From Candidatus Latescibacterota bacterium (GTDB lineage: Bacteria > Latescibacterota > UBA2968 > GCA-2709665): a stretch of DNA of 64,000 nt. Under the pieces are notes generated by a model. The model was not told the origin of the DNA and did not search any database. It saw nothing but the letters and a program-made list of their open reading frames with translations. The stretch is taken from assembly GCA_965219995.1 (NCBI GenBank), contig CBDCOX010000002.1, positions 4,544,001 through 4,608,000 of the forward strand, given 5' to 3'. Shown here piece by piece: positions 47,843 to 56,835 of this stretch; the first letter of the stretch is position 1; each line of letters opens with the position of its first letter. The position numbers and the translations under genes are program-made.

Positions 47843-47909
47843 ATCACATCGGTAAAAGAACAGACCGGGTACCACGCTGTCAAGAGAAAACTTGCCGGAG
47901 GATGGCGCG

Positions 47910-48539
47910 ATGGGCCGAACCGTCGATATTGGAACGCGCATCGAACTGGTGCCGATGGATCCGCACTTCCATGAGATCACAATTGGTCTTTACCTGCAGG
48001 AGCACAACGGTGCTCCCGTGTATCGTGTGCACACGTACAGCGGAAAATCGGGCGCCGAGCAACGAATCGCGTTCGTCTCCAACGCAATGGCGGTGTTGGG
48101 CGGAATGCGACAGACAACGGACGGCCTTCTGCGATTTCCGTGCGGCGATGCGCACCTGCTGGCTTGCCGGCGTGTCTTTCTGGAAGCATGCAAGCTGGCC
48201 TCCGGCGGCGAACTCAAAGCCCGGCCCCTGACAATCCTCGACAGGAAGTCGGGATTGAACATAACGGTGTCGAGCGTGGGTGAAGGCGTGTACCGGATTG
48301 GCGCCGAAGGTGAGAGCAAGGACGGCGCGCGGAGGGTTGCGGCGATTGCGGGCGGGCTGGCCAAGCTCGGAGAAATGCAGTCTCGAGGCCCGGACACGGT
48401 CGCTTTCGCGTGCGGGCACGCGCATAACGCCGTGGTGGGGCTTCTTCTGGTTCGTGCACCGAACGTTCGGGCAGCGGTCCGAGAACAGGAAATGGCAGGC
48501 GCACGGGGCGTTCTGGCCGCGCCCAGCGAGCAACGTTAG
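47910..48539 (+). CDS. Hypothetical protein with duplicated FxCGxxH motif, first gene of the corrinoid operon
   Basis: GGAGG RBS; LRFPCGDAH and VAFACGHAH. Confidence 0.7.
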   Translation: MGRTVDIGTRIELVPMDPHFHEITIGLYLQEHNGAPVYRVHTYSGKSGAEQRIAFVSNAMAVLGGMRQTTDGLLRFPCGDAHLLACRRVFLEACKLASGGELKARPLTILDRKSGLNITVSSVGEGVYRIGAEGESKDGARRVAAIAGGLAKLGEMQSRGPDTVAFACGHAHNAVVGLLLVRAPNVRAAVREQEMAGARGVLAAPSEQR

Positions 48540-48574
48540 TCGAAAAACAGGATTCCAGCCGGGAGAATTGAAAT

Positions 48575-49621
48575 ATGGCGACTCAAACAGTGGGCCCGAT
48601 GACCGGCCGTGAGCGGGTTCTGGCGGCGCTGAACCGGGAGCCGGTGGACCGGACGCCGGTATGCAATCCCACGTCCGTGGCGACGGTGGAGCTGATGGAT
48701 CTCGTGGACGCGCCGTTTCCTCACGCGAACAGGAACCCGGAACTGATGGCCCGGCTGGCCGCGACCGGGCACACCGAGTTGGGGTTCGATACGATCATGC
48801 CCGTGTTCACGATCATCCAGGAGTCGTCCGCGCTGGGTTGCAAGATCCAGTGGGAACAGAAGGACAACTGGCCCACGGTGAGGATGCGCGAGCCCATCTG
48901 GGAAGACGTGGACGATATCCGGATTCCGCCCGACCTTCTCACGCACCAGGATACGAAGTGCGTGCTGGATGCGATCCGGATTCTGAAGAAGGAATACGGG
49001 GACGACGTGGCGATTATCGGGAAGACGATGGGCCCGTGGTCGCTGGGATATCACTGCTTCGGGGTGGAGCCCTTTCTGCTCATGTCGCTGGACGACCCGG
49101 ACAAGACGAAGGCGTGCCTGGACAGGATGAAGGAAGCGACGGTGGACTTCGGGGTGGCGCAGATCGAGGCGGGCGCGGACGCGCTCACGCTGCCGGATCA
49201 CGCGACGGGCGACCTGGTGAGCGGGGAGTACTACAAGCGGTATCTGCGCGACCTGCACATCGAATTCGTGGAGCGGATCCCGATTCCGCTGATTCTGCAC
49301 ATCTGCGGACGGACCGTGGATCGGATGGAATATATCGCGCAGACGGGGATGCACGCGTTCCATTACGACTCCAAGAACGAGCCGGAAGAATCCATGGCGG
49401 CGGTCAAGGAGCGGATCTCGCTGGTGGGCAACGTCAACAATCCTGAGACGCTGTTTTCCAAAGGGCCCGAGGCGGTCCGCCAGGAGGTCGTCAACAACCT
49501 GGACGCCGGCGTGCATCTCGTGGGTCCCGAGTGCGCGATCCCGCTGCAGACGTCAATCGAGAACCTGAAGGAGATCCCCGGGGCGGTCCGGGACTGGCAC
49601 CGGGAGCACGCGGCAGGATAA
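48575..49621 (+). CDS. MtaA/CmuA-family (URO-D fold) methyltransferase
   Basis: MTGRERVLAAL....VDR.PV, GPWS, QIEAGAD, LHICG and PECAIP Zn ligands. Confidence 0.9.
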   Translation: MATQTVGPMTGRERVLAALNREPVDRTPVCNPTSVATVELMDLVDAPFPHANRNPELMARLAATGHTELGFDTIMPVFTIIQESSALGCKIQWEQKDNWPTVRMREPIWEDVDDIRIPPDLLTHQDTKCVLDAIRILKKEYGDDVAIIGKTMGPWSLGYHCFGVEPFLLMSLDDPDKTKACLDRMKEATVDFGVAQIEAGADALTLPDHATGDLVSGEYYKRYLRDLHIEFVERIPIPLILHICGRTVDRMEYIAQTGMHAFHYDSKNEPEESMAAVKERISLVGNVNNPETLFSKGPEAVRQEVVNNLDAGVHLVGPECAIPLQTSIENLKEIPGAVRDWHREHAAG

Positions 49622-49637
49622 GGGGGGCAGGAGCGCG

Positions 49638-50408
49638 ATGGCGGAACTCACTGATATCGGTAACGAATTCATCCGTGACGAAATCGAGGAGTTTCTCGAG
49701 CGGGAGGACGAGCGGGAGCGGGCGATCGCCACGTTTGCCGGCGTCACCCCCGATATGCAGGCGATTGCCGCGGCCCTGATCGACGGCGACCATCACGAGG
49801 TGGACGCGCTCACCAAAGAAGCACTGGATGCGGGTACCGGGGCGCTGGAGGTGATGGACGACGGGCTGATCGCGGGAATGGGCATCGTGGGGATCAAATT
49901 CCGGGAGAACTTCATCTTCGTGCCTGAAGTGCTGGCCTGCGCCCGGGCGATGAAGGCCGGGATGGCCTATATCGAGCCCATTCTGTCCGCATCGGGCGTC
50001 GAGCCGATCGGCACGGTCATTATGGGTACGGTAAAGGGCGACCTGCACGATATCGGAAAGAACCTCTGCATCATGATGCTTCGCGGCGCGGGGTTTGTGG
50101 TCCACGATCTGGGGGTGGACACGTCGGAAGACGAATTCCTGGATGCCGTGGAGGAGCACGGCGCGCCGCTGCTGGGGATGTCGGCGCTGCTGACGACGAC
50201 CATGCCCAATATGGGCAAAACGATCGAGGCGTTCATAGACGCGGATTTGCGCGAAGACGTCAAGATCATGGTGGGGGGCGCGCCCGTCACGCAGGAGTTC
50301 GCCGACGATATGGGCGCCGACGGGTACGGCAAAGACGCGATGGCGTGCGTGTCCCTGGCCAAGGACCTGCTCGACGAGACGAAGTCCGAGACCAACCTGA
50401 ATGCGTGA
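49638..50408 (+). CDS. Corrinoid (B12-binding) protein
   Basis: Cap domain LIAGM..VG..F....FVPEVL; GTVKGDLHDIGKNL, SALLTTTM, VGGAP. Confidence 0.95.
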   Translation: MAELTDIGNEFIRDEIEEFLEREDERERAIATFAGVTPDMQAIAAALIDGDHHEVDALTKEALDAGTGALEVMDDGLIAGMGIVGIKFRENFIFVPEVLACARAMKAGMAYIEPILSASGVEPIGTVIMGTVKGDLHDIGKNLCIMMLRGAGFVVHDLGVDTSEDEFLDAVEEHGAPLLGMSALLTTTMPNMGKTIEAFIDADLREDVKIMVGGAPVTQEFADDMGADGYGKDAMACVSLAKDLLDETKSETNLNA

Positions 50409-50692
50409 GCCCTACCGTGCGGAAAATCGACAAAGAGGAATATCAGAAGCGGCTGGACAGGATTACCGAACTGTTCGCAGGCATGATCGCCCACGCGGAT
50501 GAGCTTTCAACCGTACGGTGCCCGTATAAGAACCGTTTCGATGAGTGTACGGCGAAGTTCGGCTGCAGAAACCAGCGGAAGCCCCGCCCGGGCGGGACGC
50601 TGCTGATGTGCGGCGGAGACGACAAGCTCGACTATCGCGGCGCATGGGAGACGGAAGCGAAACCGGGTGCGTACTTCGGCAGCGAGGAGTAG
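50405..50692 (+). CDS. Small four-Cys protein
   Basis: GTGA overlap with the corrinoid gene stop; C-x8-C-x5-C-x14-C. Confidence 0.65.
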   Translation: MSPTVRKIDKEEYQKRLDRITELFAGMIAHADELSTVRCPYKNRFDECTAKFGCRNQRKPRPGGTLLMCGGDDKLDYRGAWETEAKPGAYFGSEE

Positions 50693-50708
50693 CGTGCTGG
50701 AAGGCCCG

Positions 50709-52328
50709 ATGGGTACGATATCTCACGACGGGAAACGGAAGGAGCTTGCAGCCGGCAGGACCATCTTCGACTATGCGGATGAACTGGCGGTCCAGGTGCC
50801 CACCTCGTGCGGCCGCACCGGGCACTGTCACGAGTGCGTGGTTGAAATCAGGCGCGGCATGGACGCGCTGCGGCCCAGGAACGAGGTGGAGTCGTTCCTG
50901 CGGGAGCACTACCGCCTTGCGTGCCAGGCGGTGGTTGAAGACGACCGGGCCGATATCGAATTCTCGCCGTTGAGACGCAAGCCCAAGATTCTGGCAAGTA
51001 CGCTGGAAAAGTCGGTCGATCCGGACCCCCTGGTCACGCGCCGGGGGGACGTTGTCTATTACGACGACGTTGCCGTCGACAGGTATCGGGGCGGCCTTTA
51101 CGGCATCGCGATCGATCTGGGCACGACAACGGTGGTGATGGATCTCGTGGACCTGGAAACGGGGAGGAGCGTCCACGTCAGTTCATTCGAAAACCCGCAG
51201 CGTTTCGGCGGCAGCGACGTGATGCACCGCATCTCCTATGACGGGGAGTTTCAGGGCGAACTGCAGAAGGCGGTGGTCAATGCGATCAACCACGAAATCG
51301 TCGAACTCGGAAAACGCTTCGGCTTTGCCCGCCAGGAGATTTACGAGGTCGTTGTAGCGGGCAACTCCTCGATGCGGGATATCTTCTTCAGGCTGGACGT
51401 GCAAAGCATCGGCCAGCGACCGTACAAATCCGGTGTGGAGCGCGCCTATCTCAACGGCGAGCGGGAGACGACCTCCCTGCTGAAGGGTTCCCGGCGCCTC
51501 GGCGTGCGCGCCAATCCGAGGGCGATGGTCTACGGGATGCCGCTGATCGCCAGCCACGTGGGGGCGGACACCGCGGCCGACCTCGTTGCAATCGACCTGG
51601 CGTCTCAGGATGGTGTGGTGATGCTCGTGGACGTGGGGACCAACACCGAGGTTGTCGTGGGAAGTTCCGGCCGGCTGCTCACAGCCTCCTGTCCCGCCGG
51701 GCCCGCGTTCGAGGGCGGACTGGTCCGGTACGGGATGCCCGGACACGAAGGCGCCATTGAGTCGATCCGGCTGACGGACGACGGCTTCGAGTACCTGACA
51801 ATCGGACGCGTCGAACCGGAGGGAATTTGCGGGTCGGGGCTGATCGATCTGCTCGCGGAACTCCGGCGGCACGACCGAATGGCGCCCAAGGGCATGTTTG
51901 CCGGCAGGTCGTACGAGGTGCCGGTCGTTCCCGAGTACGGGATCACATTGTCCCGTGAAGACGCCAGCAACCTGGCCCAGGCCAAAGCCGCGAATTTCTG
52001 CGGGCAGTTCATCCTGATGCGACACCTCGGGATTGGACCGGAAGACGTAGACACGCTCTACCTGGCCGGCGGATTCGCGAATTACGTGAACGTAAGGAAC
52101 GCGATCGAGATCGGATTTCTGGCGCCGATCGCCGAAGACCGGGTCGTGAAGATCGGGAATGCCGCGGTCCAGGGCGCGCGCGAGGTGCTGCTTTCGCGCG
52201 AAAAACGGGCGTCCGTGGAAGCGCTGGTGAAGAAGATCGAACACGTCGAGCTCGAGACGACGCCGGACTTCTTCGAGGTGTTCGTGGAGGGCTGCCAGTT
52301 CAAGCCGATGCCGACTAGGCTAAATTAA
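50709..52328 (+). CDS. ATP-dependent reductive activator of corrinoid proteins (RACo, ASKHA fold with N-terminal 2Fe-2S domain)
   Basis: SCGRTGHCHEC..RLACQ, DLGTTT, NPQ.FG.DVM.RI, DVGTNTE, AGPAFEG, GICGSG, LAGGF. Confidence 0.93.
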   Translation: MGTISHDGKRKELAAGRTIFDYADELAVQVPTSCGRTGHCHECVVEIRRGMDALRPRNEVESFLREHYRLACQAVVEDDRADIEFSPLRRKPKILASTLEKSVDPDPLVTRRGDVVYYDDVAVDRYRGGLYGIAIDLGTTTVVMDLVDLETGRSVHVSSFENPQRFGGSDVMHRISYDGEFQGELQKAVVNAINHEIVELGKRFGFARQEIYEVVVAGNSSMRDIFFRLDVQSIGQRPYKSGVERAYLNGERETTSLLKGSRRLGVRANPRAMVYGMPLIASHVGADTAADLVAIDLASQDGVVMLVDVGTNTEVVVGSSGRLLTASCPAGPAFEGGLVRYGMPGHEGAIESIRLTDDGFEYLTIGRVEPEGICGSGLIDLLAELRRHDRMAPKGMFAGRSYEVPVVPEYGITLSREDASNLAQAKAANFCGQFILMRHLGIGPEDVDTLYLAGGFANYVNVRNAIEIGFLAPIAEDRVVKIGNAAVQGAREVLLSREKRASVEALVKKIEHVELETTPDFFEVFVEGCQFKPMPTRLN

Positions 52329-52406
52329 AGCGGCGGTATGCTGGGTTGCCTTTGGGGAGAATCTCACGAAAGTCCGAACATTTCGCCCTGTCTGGGAGCG
52401 TCGATG

Positions 52407-52577
52407 TTCGTTGAGCATGTCGATACGTGGTCATTGAGCTTGTCGAAATGCCCGTGTTTCGTCACCCCTTAGAATGGCTCCAGGCGCACCAACGGGTGCC
52501 CTTTGCAGGTTTTCGCCGACCCTTCGACCCTTCGACAAGCTCAGGGCAACGCATGCTCAGGGAGCGGCTCAGGGCAC
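52407..52577. repeat. Cluster of TTCGACAAGCTCA-family palindromic repeats forming an inverted pair
   Basis: GTCATTGAGCTTGTCGAAATG (52430-52450) and CCCTTCGAC-CCTTCGACAAGCTCAGGGC..GCTCAGGGAGCG-GCTCAGGGC. Confidence 0.75.
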
Positions 52578-52715
52578 AGTCGGTTCTTGTGCTTTTTTCA
52601 GACGTTGTACTTAGCTTGTTGACCGGCTGTTGGCCGGTCGACGCGCCGGCCGAATTCAGCGACGCCATATCCGCGACGGAAGACTAAAGTCACAACTAAA
52701 ATCGAGCACATTCGC

Positions 52716-54317
52716 ATGGCGATACATTCTGGAAAATCCGATCCGGACCGAGGGGACGGGGAGAAGCATACCCTGCGGCATCTGCTCGAGGAAACGGACG
52801 AATTTGTCGTCTGCGTGGAACTGGTCAATTCCCGCGGGGTGATCACCGAACGCCGCGGGCGGCAGGTTCTGGATCTCGCGCGGGCGCTTGCCGACCATCC
52901 GGGCGTGCACGCGCTGAGCATCACCGACAATCCGGGCGGAAACGCCACGAACAGTCCGGACACGATGGGGATCGACCTGCTGGGCCGGGGGCAGGAGGTG
53001 ATCATCCACATTTCGTGCAAGGACTGGAACCGGAACGCGTTGCTGAGCAGGGCCTGGGAACTGGCGAGCGGAGGATTCGAAAACGTGCTGGCGCTGTCGG
53101 GCGACTATCCCGCGGACGGATACCGCGGGCAGGCGGACGGCGTGTTCGATACCGATTCGGTGGGTCTGTTGAGGATGTTCTCGGAAATGAATTCGGGGAT
53201 GCGCCTCGGAGGCGGCAGGCGCGATCAGGTATTGCAACCCACACAATTCTTCCCGGGCGCGGTGGTCAACAACCACAAGAAATATGAGCGCGAGGTGATG
53301 CCGCAATATTTCAAACTTGCGAAAAAGATCCGGAACGGCGCCGGATTCATCATCAACCAGATCGGTTACGACGCCCGCAAACAGGACGAGTTGCTGAAGT
53401 ACATGGCCCTTCACGGTCTCCCCACGCCCGTGCTCGCCAACGTCTACGTGCTCAGCCCCGCGGCAGCCAGGTTTTTTCACGCGGACAACATCCCCGGCGT
53501 GATCGTAACCGACGAACTGCTTGCGCTCACGCAGAGGCATGCCCGTTCGCGAGACCGGGGCAGGGCCTTCTTTCTGGAATTCGCCGCCAGGCAGTGCGCC
53601 ATTGCCAGAGGACTGGGATATCGCGGCGTCTATCTTGGGGGACACCTGAAGTTCGAGGACTATGCGCGTATCCTTGAGATTCTTGGCGAATACGGAGACG
53701 AGGACTGGAAGGACTTTGTGGATGGGATTCTCTTCCGTCAGCCCGGGGAGTTCTTCTTCTTCGAACCCGATACGGAAACGAGGCTCAGTTCGAACGAGGT
53801 CAACCGCAAATACCGGCATTCGAAGCAACCCGACGTCCTGCGGGCCGCCAGGAGCCGGGTGTCCGCGGGCTACCGCTTGAATCGATTCGTCCATGAAAAT
53901 GTCTTCGAAAAGGAAAAGCCGGCCTTTCGTATCGGAAGAAAATTATTCGAGGCCATGGACCGCGCCGGAAGCGGCGTCCGGAGGGCCGCGCATGGCGCGG
54001 AGCAGGCGGTGAAGATCCTGGGCTTCGACTGCCGGGACTGCGGCGACTGTTCGCTGCCGGATATCGCGTTTCTCTGTCCCGAGTCGCAGTGCGTCAAGAA
54101 CCAGCGGAACGGACCGTGCGGCGGAACCCGCCGGGGCCGGTGCGAAGTGGGAGAAAAGGAATGCATCTGGTCGCTGGCCTACGAACGGCTCAAGGCATAC
54201 GGAGAGGAAGAGAAGATGCTGGACGGGCCAGTGGTCTTCAAGGACGGCGCCCTGAAAGGCACCAGCGCCTGGGCCAATGTATTTCTGGAGCGGGACCACC
54301 GCGCACGTACCAGATGA
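52716..54317 (+). CDS. metF: Methylenetetrahydrofolate reductase fused to C-terminal MetV-like (MTHFR_C) Cys-rich domain
   Basis: ITDNPGG, HISCKDWNR, LALSGDY, KKI.NGA.F.INQ.GYD; CRDCGDC..CPESQCVKNQRNGPCGG..CEV..CIW. Confidence 0.88.
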   Translation: MAIHSGKSDPDRGDGEKHTLRHLLEETDEFVVCVELVNSRGVITERRGRQVLDLARALADHPGVHALSITDNPGGNATNSPDTMGIDLLGRGQEVIIHISCKDWNRNALLSRAWELASGGFENVLALSGDYPADGYRGQADGVFDTDSVGLLRMFSEMNSGMRLGGGRRDQVLQPTQFFPGAVVNNHKKYEREVMPQYFKLAKKIRNGAGFIINQIGYDARKQDELLKYMALHGLPTPVLANVYVLSPAAARFFHADNIPGVIVTDELLALTQRHARSRDRGRAFFLEFAARQCAIARGLGYRGVYLGGHLKFEDYARILEILGEYGDEDWKDFVDGILFRQPGEFFFFEPDTETRLSSNEVNRKYRHSKQPDVLRAARSRVSAGYRLNRFVHENVFEKEKPAFRIGRKLFEAMDRAGSGVRRAAHGAEQAVKILGFDCRDCGDCSLPDIAFLCPESQCVKNQRNGPCGGTRRGRCEVGEKECIWSLAYERLKAYGEEEKMLDGPVVFKDGALKGTSAWANVFLERDHRARTR

Positions 54318-54327
54318 GGGGAACACT

Positions 54328-55374
54328 ATGCAACTGGATGGCAGGGCCGGCGAATTTGTCGTCATCGGCGAAAACATCCATACCACACGCGTTGTCCTGA
54401 GGAGAGGACGGCTCGTGGTGAAGAAACCCGGTGGAGGGGAGGCGGTCCGATTCTTCGACACACGGAAGCGACGCCGCTTTCTTGCCATTCCCCAGGATAT
54501 CCGGCAGACGCAGGACTACGAGGAGGGTCGGGTCAAACACGTCAAGATTGCCGTGCAGGCGGCGATGTCCGGTCAGTCGCCGCAGGCCGATGACGGGCTG
54601 GCCTATCTGCACCGGATGGTCCAGCGCCAGGTGGACGCGGGAGCGGACTATCTGGATCTGAACGTGGACGAAGTCTCGCTGCGTCTGAAGGAGCAGAAGA
54701 AAGCCATGCGGTGGCTGGTGGGCGTCGTACAGAAGATAAGCCCGATTCCGATATCGGTGGACTCCTCCAACGTGGAAACGATCGGGGACGGGCTCAATGC
54801 CTGCGACGGCCGGGCCGGACGGCCGCTGCTGAATTCGGCCTCGCTGGAGCGACTGGAGGCGCTGGACCTGGCCGTGAGGTACAACGCCCGGGTTGTCGTG
54901 ACCGCCGCAGGCGAAAGCGGGATGCCGCAGGACGCTGCGGACCGCGTCGCGAATGCGTCCCGCATGGTCGACGCGGCGCTGTCCAGGGGGATCGCGATCG
55001 AGGATGTTTTCGTGGATGCCCTGGTCTTTCCCATCTCCGTGGACGGGGGATTCGGCAACCACTGCTTCGAGGCCATCCGGACGCTGCGCGCGAATTTCGG
55101 CCCGGGGATTCACGTGACGGGCGGGTTCAGCAACGTCTCTTTCGGGCTGCCGTGCCGGCGCCTCATCAACGACGTGTTCACGATCCTCGCGGTCGAGGCC
55201 GGGGCGGACAGCGGGATCGTCGACCCGGCCATCAGCAGCCCGGAGCGCGTTTTCTCCATGGACCGGGAGACGGAACCCTACCGGCTTGCGGAAGACATGC
55301 TCCTGGGGCGGGATCGCATGTGCAAGAACTACCTGCGCGCGTATCGAAAGGGTACGCTGGACGCTTACCGTTAA
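54328..55374 (+). CDS. Methyltetrahydrofolate:corrinoid methyltransferase (pterin-binding, MeTr/MetH folate domain)
   Basis: VIGENIH, QVDAGADYLDLNVD, ISVDSS, LLNS, FVDALV, GGFSNVSFGLP..R..IN. Confidence 0.9.
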   Translation: MQLDGRAGEFVVIGENIHTTRVVLRRGRLVVKKPGGGEAVRFFDTRKRRRFLAIPQDIRQTQDYEEGRVKHVKIAVQAAMSGQSPQADDGLAYLHRMVQRQVDAGADYLDLNVDEVSLRLKEQKKAMRWLVGVVQKISPIPISVDSSNVETIGDGLNACDGRAGRPLLNSASLERLEALDLAVRYNARVVVTAAGESGMPQDAADRVANASRMVDAALSRGIAIEDVFVDALVFPISVDGGFGNHCFEAIRTLRANFGPGIHVTGGFSNVSFGLPCRRLINDVFTILAVEAGADSGIVDPAISSPERVFSMDRETEPYRLAEDMLLGRDRMCKNYLRAYRKGTLDAYR

Positions 55375-55399
55375 CGAATCGGGGAGGATCCGGGAGGAG

Positions 55400-56461
55400 A
55401 TGAAGACATTTCTGGACAGGCTGGAAGATTCCAGCCCTATGGTTTACGACGGAGGATTCGGTTCGGAACTGTTCAAAGGGCGTATCGAACTGACGAACAG
55501 CGCGCTCGCAAACGAACTGCATCCGGACGCGGTGGTCGATATCCACTCCGCCTATATCGCAGCGGGAACCGACGTCATCGGGACCAACACTTTCGTGGCG
55601 TCGCCACTGCATCTGGAGATGGCGGGCAAAGCGGGGAACGAGGCCGGCAAGATCGCCGGGCTGGCCGTGGAACACGCGAGAACGGCAATCGAACAGTGCG
55701 GCCGGGGGGTCCATGTTGCGGGCTCCGTCGGTCCGTCGCCGGGCGCTATCGAGTCGGACGCGGGCGATACGGTATTCGGTATTGCGGACAGGAAGGCGAG
55801 GGCGGCGCACGAGCAGGTCATCCATGCGCTGGCGGAGGCGGGGGTAGACCTGATCTGTATCGAGACCATGTTCTCCGCCAAAGAAGCCGCCATTGCGGCG
55901 GACATTGCCAGGAAGACCGGATTGCCCGTCGCAATCAATCTGACGTGCAAATACACGAAAGACCGGAAGACGGGCGAGGTGGTCTACCGGACGGACTGGG
56001 GGCATTCAGCGGATGACCTGCTGGATTTTCTGGGCTCCGGAGAGTTTTCAGGCGGAGAAAACCTGCTGGAGCACGTGCAAATCATCGGGATGAACTGCGG
56101 TGCGGAGACGCGCCGGGTGGAGCATACCGGGATGCCATACGCAATCAACGGGATGCGGCAGTTCACGGATGCAATGTCCGCGCGGGGCGTCAACGGGATC
56201 AGGTTGATGGCCTATCCCAACGCGGGGCTCCCGCAGCTGGAGAGAAAGACAGGACGGACGACGTATTCGCAGACCGAGGAGGAAATGGCGCATTGTGTTC
56301 CGGAATTGATCGGCGCGGGTGCCTTCATCGTCGGAGGGTGTTGCGGGACGGGGCCGTCGCATATCCGCGCTATACACGGGATGTTGAACGGCGGGGCCGC
56401 CAATGACGGAAAAGCCTGGCGTTCGGCTGGCGCCCGAGAACTGACAAATGGGCGGGACTGA
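55400..56461 (+). CDS. Homocysteine S-methyltransferase domain protein (stand-alone MetH N-terminal module)
   Basis: DGGFGSEL, H.AYI.AG.DVI.TNTF, GSVGP, IETM, GMNC, PNAGLP, GGCCGT.P.HI. Confidence 0.92.
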   Translation: MKTFLDRLEDSSPMVYDGGFGSELFKGRIELTNSALANELHPDAVVDIHSAYIAAGTDVIGTNTFVASPLHLEMAGKAGNEAGKIAGLAVEHARTAIEQCGRGVHVAGSVGPSPGAIESDAGDTVFGIADRKARAAHEQVIHALAEAGVDLICIETMFSAKEAAIAADIARKTGLPVAINLTCKYTKDRKTGEVVYRTDWGHSADDLLDFLGSGEFSGGENLLEHVQIIGMNCGAETRRVEHTGMPYAINGMRQFTDAMSARGVNGIRLMAYPNAGLPQLERKTGRTTYSQTEEEMAHCVPELIGAGAFIVGGCCGTGPSHIRAIHGMLNGGAANDGKAWRSAGARELTNGRD

Positions 56462-56482
56462 CAGAGCGCGAAAGGGTGACAC

Positions 56483-56749
56483 GTGGCCGAGTACCAGGTG
56501 CTCTACTGGAAGGAAATCCCCGCCCAGGTGCGGGTTTTCGACGGGAAGCGGCGCGTCGCGCGGCAGATGCCCCCGGAGTTTCAGGAGGCGATCGACCGGC
56601 GGGCGATGCAGGAAGGGCTGGCCGGAACCGACGCGTACCTGGCGCATTGGCAATGGAGTGAACGTCGCGAGCGCCGAGGCGACCCGCAGGAAATCCTGGA
56701 GGCGGTTATGGAAGAACTCGAACGGACGTACGGCGAACGGGCAGGATAA
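56483..56749 (+). CDS. Small 'Virulence_fact'-family protein associated with corrinoid/MetH clusters
   Basis: YWKEIPAQV...FQEAIDRRAM..GL..TDAYL..W. Confidence 0.75.
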   Translation: MAEYQVLYWKEIPAQVRVFDGKRRVARQMPPEFQEAIDRRAMQEGLAGTDAYLAHWQWSERRERRGDPQEILEAVMEELERTYGERAG

Positions 56750-56786
56750 ACCGCAGCGCGCCCGACAGGTTTCTGGAGGCAAGGAG

Positions 56787-56811
56787 AGAGCCGGAGTTTC
56801 CGGCTCTTTTT
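56787..56811 (+). terminator. Intrinsic terminator of the corrinoid cluster
   Basis: AGAGCCGGA-GTT-TCCGGCTCT plus T run. Confidence 0.75.
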
Positions 56812-56835
56812 GTTTAACGGCGAACGTCGTACTCG

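Noticed and set aside
48575-49621. hemE (uroporphyrinogen decarboxylase)
   Set aside because: Lacks the RQAGR motif, has HxC/C zinc ligands, and sits next to a corrinoid protein.
54328-55374. folP (dihydropteroate synthase)
   Set aside because: IGENI and SNVSFGLP motifs plus context indicate the methyltransferase pterin-binding family.
56483-56749. Virulence role
   Set aside because: The family name is historical; context points to a corrinoid/folate accessory protein.
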